A DNA stretch of 64,000 bases from Nageia nagi (taxonomy: Eukaryota > Plantae > Pinophyta): NCBI GenBank assembly GCA_050084985.1, contig JBITNC010000002.1:39618001-39682000 (forward strand), given 5' to 3'. The position numbers and the translations under genes are program-made. The notes beneath the pieces are model-generated. The model was not told where the DNA came from, did not search any database, and saw only the letters and a program-made list of their open reading frames with translations. Positions 37,434 to 50,608 of this stretch are shown here, piece by piece. How positions within the stretch are numbered: position 1 is the stretch's first letter; each line of letters opens with the position of its first letter.

Positions 37434-38655
37434 ATTTGACATTTTAAATATATAAAACATTTTTAATAATAATCATACTTGTAATCCACATTTAGAGTGG
37501 GACTCAATAAGGTAGTAGCATTCAATCATCAATCAAATCAACAGATATTACAATGGAAATATACCTTAAGATCAACTTAAAAATTATGGGATGGACAATC
37601 AAGATGACGAACACAAGTGAGTGAACATAATTCAGTGACATGGCTTCTCTGGTCAAAATGAGATTTCAAAATAACCAACGCTAAGATTTAATGTCATGGA
37701 TTCCTTGCAATTACTTGTTATGTTCTGCTTCAGTTCTTTGACGAGGATGGGAAACTAAGTTTGAGCTTCAAATCATTGCATGACACATGGGCCTGCATTT
37801 ATCTTTTCTTTATTCTGCTTTTTATGTATATTATAATTAGAATTTAGTCCAGCAATCTCTTTGCGCTACAACTTCAGCCCCGTGACAACTTTGGTAAAAC
37901 CAAATAAGAAATCATTATAAAATGATGACATACATGCAGAAATGGCAGAGAGACTCGATGTTGAAAGGTAACAAACTTTGAGACAAAGTCAAACATTCCA
38001 CAAAATCTTGAGAAATGAAAAATGTACCCAACGCAGAATATCCTCTAGGTTTGAATGAGGATTTCACCAGATATTTAGTGCAAAAGGAAAGAATGTCCAT
38101 ATAGACTAAGACATGGGTCAAATGTGGAATATCCCACAGTAGTATACCCCTAGTATGGAAGCAAGGAAAAAAATACCTTTAATGCTCACTAATATGGCCA
38201 AGGGCCCTTCAAAAAGAAAAAGCAAAGATGCTTCCATGCAAGAGGAATTTGGCCTGCCGATTTCCAATTAACTTACAAAGAAGTGGCCAAATTGCTTAAC
38301 AGAACCCTAATCTAGGCAAACAGAACCCTTGATAAAGTGATTTTAATATTATTTAGTCACTTAAACTTGTAAAGTTAATTTAGCTTTCAATTATGTTTTG
38401 TAATAAAAAGAATTTAGAAGAGAGCTTGATGAAAGAGTTTTGCCCTACAACTGTTGAGCAAAAGAATTTAGTGGTATGTGCATCTTCACCCATCCATTGT
38501 CAGTATGTCTAAGCAACATCTTTCTTAAATAATCAGTTGAACAATATTTCATAAACTAAAAGCAAAAGAACTGAACATGCACAATTAACAACCTCAGTCA
38601 AGTGCATAATTACCCTCAACCACAACAATTAAGTTTGTTGATGCATGACACTTAC

Positions 38656-40140
38656 TCAAATGGAGGCTCCACCTCAACTCCGAAGGTGAGATGCAAGGAG
38701 TATCCATCCCTTGTAGGAACAGATGCAAATGTCTGTGAATTCTCCAATTCAATGGTGTTAGGAGATGTGTTGTAGCTACTATTATTGATGCAGCATGTTT
38801 GTGATGTCCAGATATTATTGAGACCATATTTTTGTTCATCGATATTTGCATCAAATGGACGAGAGTCACTACCACAGAAGCAGAGATCAAGAATCTCACT
38901 TTTGTCATCCATTTGATTGAAATAAACACTTCCACCATTTGTACTGTGCGCTGCATGTGGAAACCCTCTAGGAATATACAAAATATCCCCTTCCATTAGC
39001 AGAATTTCTTTGAGGTCAGTCAAATTATTTTGTACATTATGCACAGCACTTCGAGGTTCATATAAACGAGGAAGCAATTTTTCAGGGGGAAGGAGAACCC
39101 ATCTCTTGTTTCCTGAAAGTTGGAAAACTAGAACACAATGATCATCATAATGAATAGACAATCCCTGACAGCTAGGAGGAGTCAGGTAGAGGTTAGCGCC
39201 TACTGATACTTGTCCAAATACCATGGCTAAAGCATCTGCTACTTCAGAAATATTATGAGAACGGAACTCCATGCCTCTTATTGCAATTGTGTAGCCCATT
39301 TCATATGCTTGCTTACAATCCTGCAAACAGACAAATTTTGGCATCTCTGCTCTTGCTGTGTGATTAAAATCTGTAAAAAAATGTTGTTCATTTGTCCCTG
39401 AGATCATTTTTGAAAAATTGTCATTTACCTCTCCTGTTGTTGATTTTATAAGTCGAATGTCTTGGTCATAAACCATAGGATAACCCAGACTGTCCTGTAT
39501 CTCTCTTAGAAAATCTATGACATCTAAGTTATCTGCTGAAACAGGTGGACACGAGACCATTCCTGTCAATATCTGATCTAATATGTCATCAATATTTTGC
39601 TTCTGTGTTGCTTCAAACAGTAAAGAAATAATTCCATTCTCATACTCCCTCTTCTTTGGTTTTCTTATAATCATCGGACAGCACTCCCAATGATGCCGTG
39701 CAAAATGTTCAAAGCAAATATCTGCATCTCCAAATATACTTGTCTTCACCATATTAATAAAGCTATTCAAGCAATCAGGGGCAGTTTGCTCTATAGCTAG
39801 CCTAAAAATCATCTTTGCCATGGAGCAGCTTTTCCCAGAAAAAGAGTTTGGCAACTTAGATCTGCAATCTAAGTTCTGCATTTGTTTCTGACTCAGTTTT
39901 TGTAGTCTGGTCCATATTTCTTGCATAAATGACAAAGTAACCAAAGCTAGGTCCTTGGACACTAATGCCATGTGGTTGTTATTGTCATCAAATACTAAAA
40001 TTATTATAGCATCAAGAACTAGCATCAAAAACTCAATCTCCTCTACCTCAAACTTCAAATCCATGCCACTTGATTTCAACAAGTATTTTTTATCAGCTTC
40101 ACCTTTATACAATGAACGAGAAACCTGACAAAACAACAAA
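38656..40140 (-). CDS. Large internal exon of JmjC-domain (cupin-4, RIOX1/NO66/MINA-like) 2-oxoglutarate oxygenase gene
   Basis: Uninterrupted frame with ANLYLTPP..QGLSIHYDDHCVLVFQLSGNKRW (HxD) and GDILYIPRGFPH (distal His). Acceptor AG at 40142-40141 and donor GTAAGT at 38655 are phase-compatible with the upstream exon. Confidence 0.92.
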
Positions 40141-40374
40141 CTATCAAAGTAATGTCAGCAGTCATGTTCATATTACAAATTTAACGCGATGCAGAGGATA
40201 TTTATAATAGACATACTAAACAAGACAAGCAATAAAAACTTTTTATAACATTTTCAGAAAGTGATGAACAGAAACTTTTTATAACTTTTTATATCAAAGT
40301 GATGAACGTTGCTGGTTCCATCACAGAAGCCGCAGAGAAAGTCCTAGACTACGCCTCACTGCTGCTGCAATTGG

Positions 40375-41337
40375 TGTAGAATCCCAAATACAAATTCAAG
40401 TGTAATCAAACAAATTCACACAAGTATGTACCAACGTCTGACCTAGGGCATCCAGATAAAGCTCAAGCAATGCAATAATGCCAACATTTGGCCTAGAATA
40501 GCAGATAGAAGTATTAAACACCTCACAATGCCAACATCTGGCTCATACAATCATATACATACAAAAGTAATCCAATGATGCCAATACAAAAGTATGCACA
40601 ACACAATAATGAGATCCAAATGCCCATGGCATTTATTAATGATACAAAATGGAAAATGATACAATACCAGGTCCACAGGGCTCAACGTTGGCCTCTAGGG
40701 AGCCAACTAGGGCACAACGAATATGATCAATGCTGGATGGATGGAACAATGGATGGGATAGCCTCACTCCCTCAGGATCTGAATCCTCTCCACCGAAGGA
40801 GATCTTGCCAAACCCTGGCAACCAACTGAATGGTAGGAATGCAACCTCGGAATCCCACCAGATGGACTAAGATGTTGCACCTTAGCCGTAGATCAACAAG
40901 ATCCCTTAGCCTGTTAACCCTCCTAGATGTTGCACCTAGGGATGTGCTTGACGCTGCACCAAGACCAGTGTCCACTAGACGGTATGAATAATAATATCAA
41001 AATTTGTATATCCAACAATGATGCTAACCTTATTTATATAACAATTCTTGAATCTGGATCTCACCTAGTCCAACATGGGGTTAGATGTGTCCTAGGTATC
41101 ATGCATATGCCAACACGGCCTAGTGATACGAATAATTACAAGATCCAATGGCTAGATATGCAATGCCTTGTTATTGGAAACTATTATTGCATTTACAATT
41201 ATTAATTGCCTTGAAATCATGTATTACAACTCATACAAGTGGCCCCCATAAAACATACTAAATCTACTCTTAACTACCAAGCTCACACCTAAATATAATC
41301 CATAATTAATTCATATCCCAAAAAGTGGGATGTCACA
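40375..41337. mobile_element. Solo-LTR-like repeat (963 bp), same family as 49412-50608
   Basis: TG...CA ends; shared blocks such as aaaccctggcaaccaactgaatggtag; no matching TSD found. Confidence 0.65.
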
Positions 41338-44300
41338 TATCAAGGGGTCAATATGGAGATGTTTATGGATTTCCATGAACAGCCATGATATGGAAGACTG
41401 GTCCAACTAGCGAACTTCAAGAGGCCATAACTCTTTCATTTCCTGATGAAACCATGTCGTGTAACCTGTCAAAACATTTCCCACGAGATGCCCTATCCAA
41501 AGAACAAATCAAATCAACTCTCCAAGACCTATGGCAAACCCTATTGGAGGAAGACTTGGTTAGATAAAAATATATTGTAATTGCGCTTCCGCCATTGTTA
41601 TATCAATACAACTACATCATTGCTATCATTTTGTTGTAATTGTTCTCGTGCTTGGACGTTGGATCTGGAGTGGTTTTTGCATTGTTAAAGTTACTATTTT
41701 GCTCCTTAATTGAAACATTGGAATACTGGAAGAATTGCATGCTCGAATATTGTGTTTTGCTCATTATAGCTAGATGTTGGGATTTGGAGATATTTTTGCA
41801 AGGTCGAATTCATATTTGGCATTTTAGCTAGATGTTGGGTTGTTTGTGCAAATTTGAGCTTGTTTGAGAAGTTTCAAAGCTTGTTGGCAAACATCCCTCT
41901 CCTAGGGCACATTTCTACATGATCCAATGATTTTGGATCATCACAAACAGCTAACTTTGAGAAACAAAAAATAGTAACAACTAGCAATTGTTAATAGGTA
42001 AAAAACAAAAATTATTTATGGAAAAAAGAGTTAAAAATAATACCATCAAAAACAACACAATACAAAAATATCAGTCCAAACAAGTCACAAACCAATAAGA
42101 CTGGTAAACTTCCCTCACCAAAGCTTCGATATCTTTGCATGGTTAACTCCTATTGCTTCCTTTTAACCCCTGAAAGCTCCAAAATGCATATTGAAGGAGA
42201 TTCTACAAGCTAGCTTGCTTGTTTTGTCTCTTTTGCTAACTGACCTACTTCCTCAATCTATCCAATGGCCTATTTAGCAATCTCCTAGACGATTTTTTCT
42301 TTCTAATGCCAAATTTCATTCTTACAAGGTTTGAACTAGAAGTGGAAATGGTGAAAATGAACCCAAATTGTACCCTTTAATCCCCCTCAAACCATTTTGT
42401 TGTGCATGCCAATTATTTGAAGCAGGAAGCAAGAAGTGTGAATTGGCCATTAATCGCACGAAAATCGACAATAAACACATTTGAAAATAAGTAATTTCTT
42501 GCCATTCTCAAGCGATTTCATGTTTTGGGTGATGTAGCATTTATTAGACGCTTAATCGGCAAAAATTATCCATTTTGAAACACTGCTAAATCAAATGTTT
42601 AATAAAAATCTGGAGAAAAGGCTCATAAGAAACCAAGTCATGAAGACCAATTGGTTGCAAGTTGGATAACGAACAAGAACCCAAAGGTGAGATGGCCAAT
42701 TATCCTTTGATGTCTCAATTTGAAATTGAACCTTCTTGTTTTAAAGATGTGTGGATGAAAGCTATGCAAAAGGAAATCAATTCTATCAATAAAAATGATA
42801 CATGGTGCTTATGTGATAAATTGTTCATTAACTCCGAGTTCAAAAACTATACTTCATATTGTAAACATGAATAAATAAAAGCTCAGAATGACACTACGGA
42901 TTCACCTTCAAGGGTGACCTTTGAGTTGCATATGGACTATTCATTGTCTAATTCCAATCGCAGATGAAATATTTGGTCTAGCTATGGTTAGATAAATGAG
43001 ACTTCGTACAAGTTGTCTATATTTTGTAGCATCCTCAAATTGTTTCCCTTCAATAGATATAAACTTCAAATTTTGTTCCATTGGAGTATAAAGTGGATTA
43101 CAATCTATCATACCGAATCTATTCAACAACTCTCCAATGTACTTTCTTGGGGAAATGAAATTGTACCTTGAATGTTGTGTAACTTCAACACCCAAGTAGT
43201 AGTGAAGATGTCCCATGTATGTCATTTCAAAATCTTTCTTCAACTCTTGTTTCATAGACGCAATGTAACTCTCATTGTTCCCTGTTATCAAAAGATCATT
43301 TACATACACCACAAGATATACAATAGTTTTGTCAATTTTCTTGACAATAAAGTTGCATCATCAAGATTAAGTGCTCAAATTTGATCTTCAAGAGATGCTT
43401 GGTAAGCTTTTCATATCATGTGTGAGGAGCCTGCTTAAGGCCATTCAAGGAATTGATGAGCTTGCATACCTTATGTTCTTGACCCTTTACTGCAAATCCT
43501 TTTCATTGTTTCATGTACACATTCTCTTCAAATCACCATTCAAAAAAGTGGACTACGCATTCATATGATGAACTTTCCATCAATATTGAGCTAACATTGC
43601 CAAAAAGAATGAATGGTAGCCCACTTAGTTGTAGAAGCAAAGGTCACATCATAGTCAATACCTTCTTTCTATGCAAAACCCTTAACCATAAGCGTTACTT
43701 TATATTTGTCAAGTGAATTGCTTGATTTGTTCTTATTTTTGTAGACCCACTTCCAACCTATTGGTTTGGTTTCATATAGAGGATCCATCAAATTCCAAAT
43801 CCCATTCTTGATGAGAACATCATACTCCTTCATGGCTTCTTTCCACACATCATAAGAAAAGCTTCTTTCAAGGAAGTTGGCTCATTATCAGCAGAAAAAT
43901 TCATTTCACAATCAAATGAACAATCCAAATCATCAACTGAATTTGAATCTTCTATGGCTCCATGTTCTTGTCTAGCTTAGTAGGAACTCCTAGTTCTCGT
44001 CTTCCCAACTCCATCCGGATGAACACTTTCAAATGTTTTTGAGAGCCATATAGGAATCTTCTATGATGTTATTGGTTGCTCAACATGCTGAAAAGGTGTT
44101 GCATTCCCATTGAAACTCAACTTACCAATCACATCATCCAATGGAACATCTGAAACTAACGAAGAGGAAGGATTTTGTTGTTGTGGAGGTATTTGTACTA
44201 TAGAAACAGGTTCTTCAAGAACATAAACAAGTCTTGTAGATTCCAAATTTAGATCCAATATAGGAATCCCCCCCTCAAGATTTGGAATTTCATAATCAAC

Positions 44301-47300
44301 TTCAATGAAATACTTTCCATAGGTAACCCTATCAAGGTGATCAAGTTGTCACTCAACAATCATGTCACTCTTGGAACATTCAAGAAAAATCACATCACTT
44401 GCAAAGAAGAATTTTATGTTTACCTCGTCATAAAGCTTATAACCCTTGATAGTATCTAAGTACCCCAAGAAAATACATTTGCGACTCCTAGCACCAAGTT
44501 TGCTTCTTTGTTCCTTAGGGACTAAGGCATAACAAGTGAAATCAAAAACCCCGACATGCCTAACCAAAGGCAAACAGCCATAACACATTTCATATGTAGT
44601 CTTATTATCAAGAGCATGAGTGGGACATCTATTTCTCAAATACACTGCACACTGAAGTACATCACTCCAAAACAATATTTTCATATTTTTGAAAAACAAC
44701 ATTGCATGAGCCATTTTCAAAAAAGTTCTATTCATTCTCTCAGCTACACCATTTTGTTGTGGATTATAATGAACAATGGTTTGACATTTGATTCCATGTT
44801 GGTTAAGATAGCTTTTAAATTCATTTGATGTGTATTCACCCCATTATCAAAACAAAGTTGCCAATATGAATGTGTGCTTCTTTTCCAATCATCACATGAA
44901 ATTGCTTGAATTTTTCAAAACATTCAAACTTATGCTTCAACAAATAAACCCAACATGTCCTGGTATAGTCATCAATAAGAGTCATGATATATTTCTTTCC
45001 AATAGCAAATGATAGAAGCAATGGTCCACATAAATCAGAGTGTATAAGTTCAATTTTTACACATGCTTTCCATTTAGAATTAGCAAAAGGTTGTTTGTTG
45101 TGCTTTCCTAAGACACATGCTTCACAAGGTTCTACTAAGAATAGTGGGCATCCCAAACACATTTTTCTTCTTTGTCAAATGAAGATCATCAAAATTGAGA
45201 TGCCCAAATCTTGCATGCCACAAGAGACTTGATGAGAGTGTACCTTTTTCTTGCTGACTGAGATAGGCAAAATTCCTTGATCTAGCAAAATTCTCATATA
45301 ACTTCAACAACATCTCATCCTCCCCTTCACTCATCACCACTTTGTTGTCAAAAGACCTCTTGAGCTCCACTTTGCCATTGAACATGTGAATAGAATGTCC
45401 TTGTTAACGAATGAGCACAAAAGATAACAAGTTCCTTCGCAGTTCAAGAAGGTAGAAATCATCATGAAGTAGTAAATTTGAAAGTCCTAACAATTTAAGT
45501 CTCACAAGACCAATACCCGAGGGTTTAATACTGGATCTATCGACAAAATACACTACTCCATCAATGTTATTATTCATCTCTTCAAAGAAATTTCTACGGA
45601 ATGACACAAAACATGTCACACCAATATCAAGCAACCAAGCATCCTTCCAAGATGCAAATGAAGAATTGAACAATGTATCAATGCTATTTCTTTTATTGTC
45701 TCCCATGGAATCCGATAGGAAAGGGCTTCATCCCCCTTTCTATCACATCTCAAACAATGAAGATTGCTCCTCCCTCCATGATCACCTTGAAAGAATCTCT
45801 CCCCCTACCTTTGAAATTCCTCCTACCATGACGACAGTTGCTACTTTCTTCACTAGAAGAATAATGACGTACATTCTTCCCCTTTTAAGCAATGCACAAT
45901 GTGTTTGAAGTAGGTTCCACATCTTCTTCCCAAATGTCTTCTCATGTTCCACAATCTTATCCACCTAAGTATCAAATATGAAGGCCTTCAATTGACCACT
46001 TGCTTGAAGGGATTCAAGATCGTGAGAGTATGTGGGGTAGAGTGCCTTAATCAAGGTTGTGTTGGGGTTTTTTTCTTTCCACTTACGAAGACCACGTAGG
46101 TGATAACTGGGAAGGACATCCAACATGTATGTGAGGTTGTGTTACTAACCCCCGCTTGAAAGGACTGGTTACTCCAAGGTTTCTAGCATCATGTGAGGTT
46201 TTAGGCGACTATGAGAGTAGCTATACTTGGAATGACTCAGTGGGAAGATAGAGGTAACAATTGTTAACCACGTTTGTTGTAGGCATTGAAGTTGTTTTAC
46301 AATTATTAAGAGTATAGACTTTTAATGGTAAAAAAAAGTAAAAATAACAAAAGAAAAAAAAAAAACTGTAAAATGGGGATGATGGCACACGAAGTACAAT
46401 ACCCACTTATCCCACCTTGCTACAAACGATTAAGTCCAAATTGCAAACAAATAGGAGTCTATAGCAATGTTGCGAAAGGAACAACAACGTGAGCAGCACA
46501 ACAAACCAAACAACATAGCGGAGATTTCACCAACATTCATTCATCTTCATTCGAAAGAGTCAGTAATGTTCATCAAATAGCAATTACACAACTTCATAAG
46601 ATATTCAACCATGTTTCTAACAAGCCTACACTTGTGAGAAATGTACACAAGTCATGTAATAACTACAAGTAAATACCAAGCACAAGTACTCAAACTCACA
46701 ATCCCATTGAGTGGAAACAAGTCTTGATTTGATTAATTGTGCATCACATTCACATATAAGAGAGTGTCAAAGATTTTACCAAATTCAAAATAGCTCCTCT
46801 TGAGTAAAACGATCATCCTCCTCAACAAATAAGCCCTCAAGGGCTAAAAATACTTTTTGGTGGCAACCCTAAGTGTTGCCCTAACCCTAATGCAAATTCA
46901 AATGAAATTACTTAAAATAAAACCTAATTACTAGTGGTCCAATAAAAACATGCCACATGGCACAACAAGATTAAATCCAACACTTGTGGGAGCAAATCCT
47001 CACCCATCACAAGGCTTAATCAAAATGAATAAAGTTTTGAGGTCCAAATTGAAATAAAATTATGTAAAAAAATTAATAATAATAAAACAAAATAAGCTTG
47101 AAAATTGTTGCATCACAAATGGAACACCTCCAGCTAACTTGTGCTCATGACTTCATCTGCCCCTTTCGCCTTTGCAACCCATGGCTCAAGACCCTCATCG
47201 TCCTTGTATCAAGCACATTGAAGAAGTCCTTGTTTTGGCTGATCTACTTCGTTATTTTGGCTGAAACTGGTCTCATCTTATTCTTCCAAACAGATGGCTC

Positions 47301-48344
47301 TTTCTTGTCCTTGAATGGTCACCCTATCTTGAGAGTGGTACAACCCTGGAAGTGCATCTTCCTCTTCAAAGTTTTGCTTTTGTTGGTTCTCCTCCAGCTC
47401 CTCTGCAATCCTTCTTAACTCTTTGATTTGTTCTGCTCCTAAGGCCTTGACTTTGCCAATCTCCATCGTCTGGGTATGAGCCTCCAAGTCTTGAGATGCT
47501 TTAGGATTCTTGTTCAAGAGGACTTTGGTAACAAAGTGTTGTTGACCCTAAAGATGAACTTGCTCACATAGTGAGTTTCGATGGACTCATCTTTCACCCT
47601 TTGGCTAAGGTCTTCATGTGATGCTCTAATCATAGCTGCTAGGTCAATGTTGCTCTTCTTCCCTGATGAAGGGCCTTCATTACTCACCACCTCCTCTGGC
47701 TCAATCTTCTCCCTCTTCATCTCAAAGCTTGCCCTATCATTTTGACCTTTGATGCCTTAGAGAATTTGGAGACAAAGAAAGCAAATTTATGATGTGAAAA
47801 TGAAGGTGGACTCCTCTTTTATAGGCAAAATTAGGGTTTCATTTGCTCTTGGACAGATAGGATTAGCCAAGAATGTGGCAAATTCATATCTCTCCCTCAA
47901 TTTGGTTGACCTAGGGATATGTGCCCTATTCAAAATTTCAAAAATTTGCCTCCTTAACTTTGCATTAAAGCTAGATGAGCTTCCAAGTTGAGCACATACC
48001 TCCAAGAGTCGAATTTACATCTTTTGAATCCATGCGTTGGAGGCTAGTGTGTCCTTGGGTTGGGCACATGCTTTTAGGAGTCATGATCTTGTCTTTTCAA
48101 ATCATGTGGTTGACCTGGGGCCTCTTGGAGCTACACGCATGCTTTCTAGGGTCACCAATTTGTCTTTCCCACCCTTGCATCTCCCTTCTGGCTCAATTTC
48201 ATCTCGATTTTGATTTCCCTTGGGCCCATACTTGGCCAAATTTGATCATGAACACTCTTGGAGCCTCCCCAAGTCTAGCACAAGCCCCCAAAAGTCAAAA
48301 ATGTATCTTTATTTTCTATGCGCTTGAACTAGCTTGCCTTCCTC

Positions 48345-49080
48345 TTTGAGCGCATGATTTCAAATTTCATAATCATGACTTTTAAATCCATGCGCCTAAC
48401 CTTATGTGCATTCTCCAGCCCAATTTTATACTCTTGAACCCTTGCCTTGGTAAGCTTTTTCCCTTTAAAGTGAACTAGGTCTCCATCCAAGCTTGCACAA
48501 GGTTTTAGAGGTCATAATTTTATCTATTTTTCTCATGCTCTGAGCTCCCATCACACCCTTACTTGGGCGCATGCTTTTAAAAGTCACATTTATGACTTCC
48601 AAATTCATGTGTTGGGCTTTTGGAGGCCTCCTGTTATAGGCGCAAGCTATCAAAAGTCATAATTATGACTTTTGAAATCATGAGATGAGTTCCTTGGGTG
48701 TTTTAAACCTATTTTGATGCTCCTTATCGTTGCCTTAGCCAGTTTTTCATCTCAAAATCATCTATCATCTGATTTTTGATCTAGCATTTGGTCTTAGCAT
48801 CCATTACTTTGCCCCTTTTTGTCTTGAACTTGGTCCTCAAGTCCCCAGTCTTAGGCGCATACTTTAAAAAGTCATAATCATGACTTTTGAAATCATGTGC
48901 CCAAACCCTAAGCTCTTGTTTTCGCCGTTTTGAGTTCCTTGACCTGATCATTTGATTGGAGATTGCTTCTAGAGGCTAGGATTTTGCGTTTTGACCTTCT
49001 TCACTCCACACTAAGACTCCTCCTAACCAAGCACATGCTTTCAAAAGTCATGATTATAATTTTTCAAATCATACGCTAGC
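48345..49080. repeat. Array of palindromic motifs in element D
   Basis: Perfect 26-bp palindrome tcaaaagtcataattatgacttttga at 48650-48675; degenerate copies at ~48362, 48579, 48867 and 49043. Confidence 0.75.
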
Positions 49081-49411
49081 CTCCTTGTACGTCTTCAAAT
49101 TGAATGTGACATCTCTTGAGGCTTATACTTAAGTCATTTTTCATCTTTGCCTGATGTTGAAGTCGCCTTAGGTTAGACATTTCTACTTGAAGCACCTGTG
49201 ACAAAGTCATGCACTTTGCCCAACATTATCAGTTTCAGGCTCAGACTCTCCATCTTGTCTTGTTCTCTAGACCTAGGCTACCCCTAGACTCTTTCCTATA
49301 TACCAGACTTAGTCATATTTTGATGACTTTACTCTTGAGCTCACTATGACTGGGAAGGATATACAACACTAGCTCATGATGGGGTAATGACTGGTTACAG
49401 TAAGATGAATG

Positions 49412-50608
49412 TGTAAAAGCCCTAACGTAATTTATCACACAAATAAACAAATTCCCTCAAACCAACACCCACGTCTGGCCTAGAAGGGCATAAACAAGCA
49501 CCAAGCACCTAAATATGTCAACGTTAGGGTTAGAGCTCAAGATATAAGCAAATACAATCTCACAATGCCAATGTATGGCTACAAAATGCATGAAATGGTA
49601 AATACACCATAACGTTGCAATATGAAAGCATACACAAGACAAATACTAAGATCCAAGTGCCCAACAGTTGTATTGAAGATAAACAATGAGCAATGATACA
49701 ATACCAAGCCCCCAAGGCTGGATGTTGGCCTCCAAGCAGCCAACTAGGGCACAACGTGTGTCTCTCACTGCTAGACACACGAATGATGTGTGGGGCAATC
49801 TTGCTCCCTCAAAATTTGAATCCTCTCCATCAAAAGAGCCCTCCACAAACCCTGGCAACCAACTGAATGGTAGAAGCTCAACCTCAAAATACCACCAAAT
49901 GGGCTAGGGTGCTACACCAAAATCGTAGACTAACAAGATCCCTCAACCTACTAATCCTCCTAGATGCTGCATCTAGGGGTCTTGCTTAGCACTACGCTAA
50001 GACTTTTGTTATCTGGATGGTATGAGAATAATATCAAATTTGTATATCCAACAATAAAAATCTAAGGGCTAATATAGCTATCCTGGATCTGGATCTCACC
50101 TCAATGTCATCACCCAATCCCCTCAAGCCCCAATGTTGGCACCTAGGAGTCATTCCAGGCCTATTGTGGGTATTTAGGCCTCCCTCAAGCTCCACGTGGA
50201 TCTAAGAATGCATGTGTGGGTCTAACAGGCATGCGTGGGCATCTAGGGGGGCAACGTGGGTGTTCATTGGCCAACGTGGGGGTCTAGAAGTCTCCCCAAG
50301 GCTGACGCATGTGTACAGTGATCCCAATCTCAACATTGAGGCTATTAAGTGCTCATCCATCCATTAAGTACTAAATAGACCTTGGGAATCCCACAATCAT
50401 GTATTGGGATCTCCAAGTACATTAAAACACTCTAATCTACACTTGGGAAGGAGACGTCCCACTTAGGGCTCACGTGGAGTCCAATGACCCGTTAAGTCTT
50501 TTATCCCGAGTACTAACTTAAAAGCACAATTAAATAATTAAATATAATACAAAGGGGGAATCCGTTGTATTCCAAAATCAAGTACAATAATCAAAGGGGG
50601 ACATCATA
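49412..50608. mobile_element. Solo LTR (1,197 bp) nested in element D
   Basis: TSD GAATG (49407-49411, 50609-50613); TG...TA end (decayed CA); homologous to 40375-41337. Confidence 0.8.

Noticed and set aside
41900-42590. Possible MITE ending ...ttttgaaacactg
   Set aside because: No matching left TIR or TSD found.
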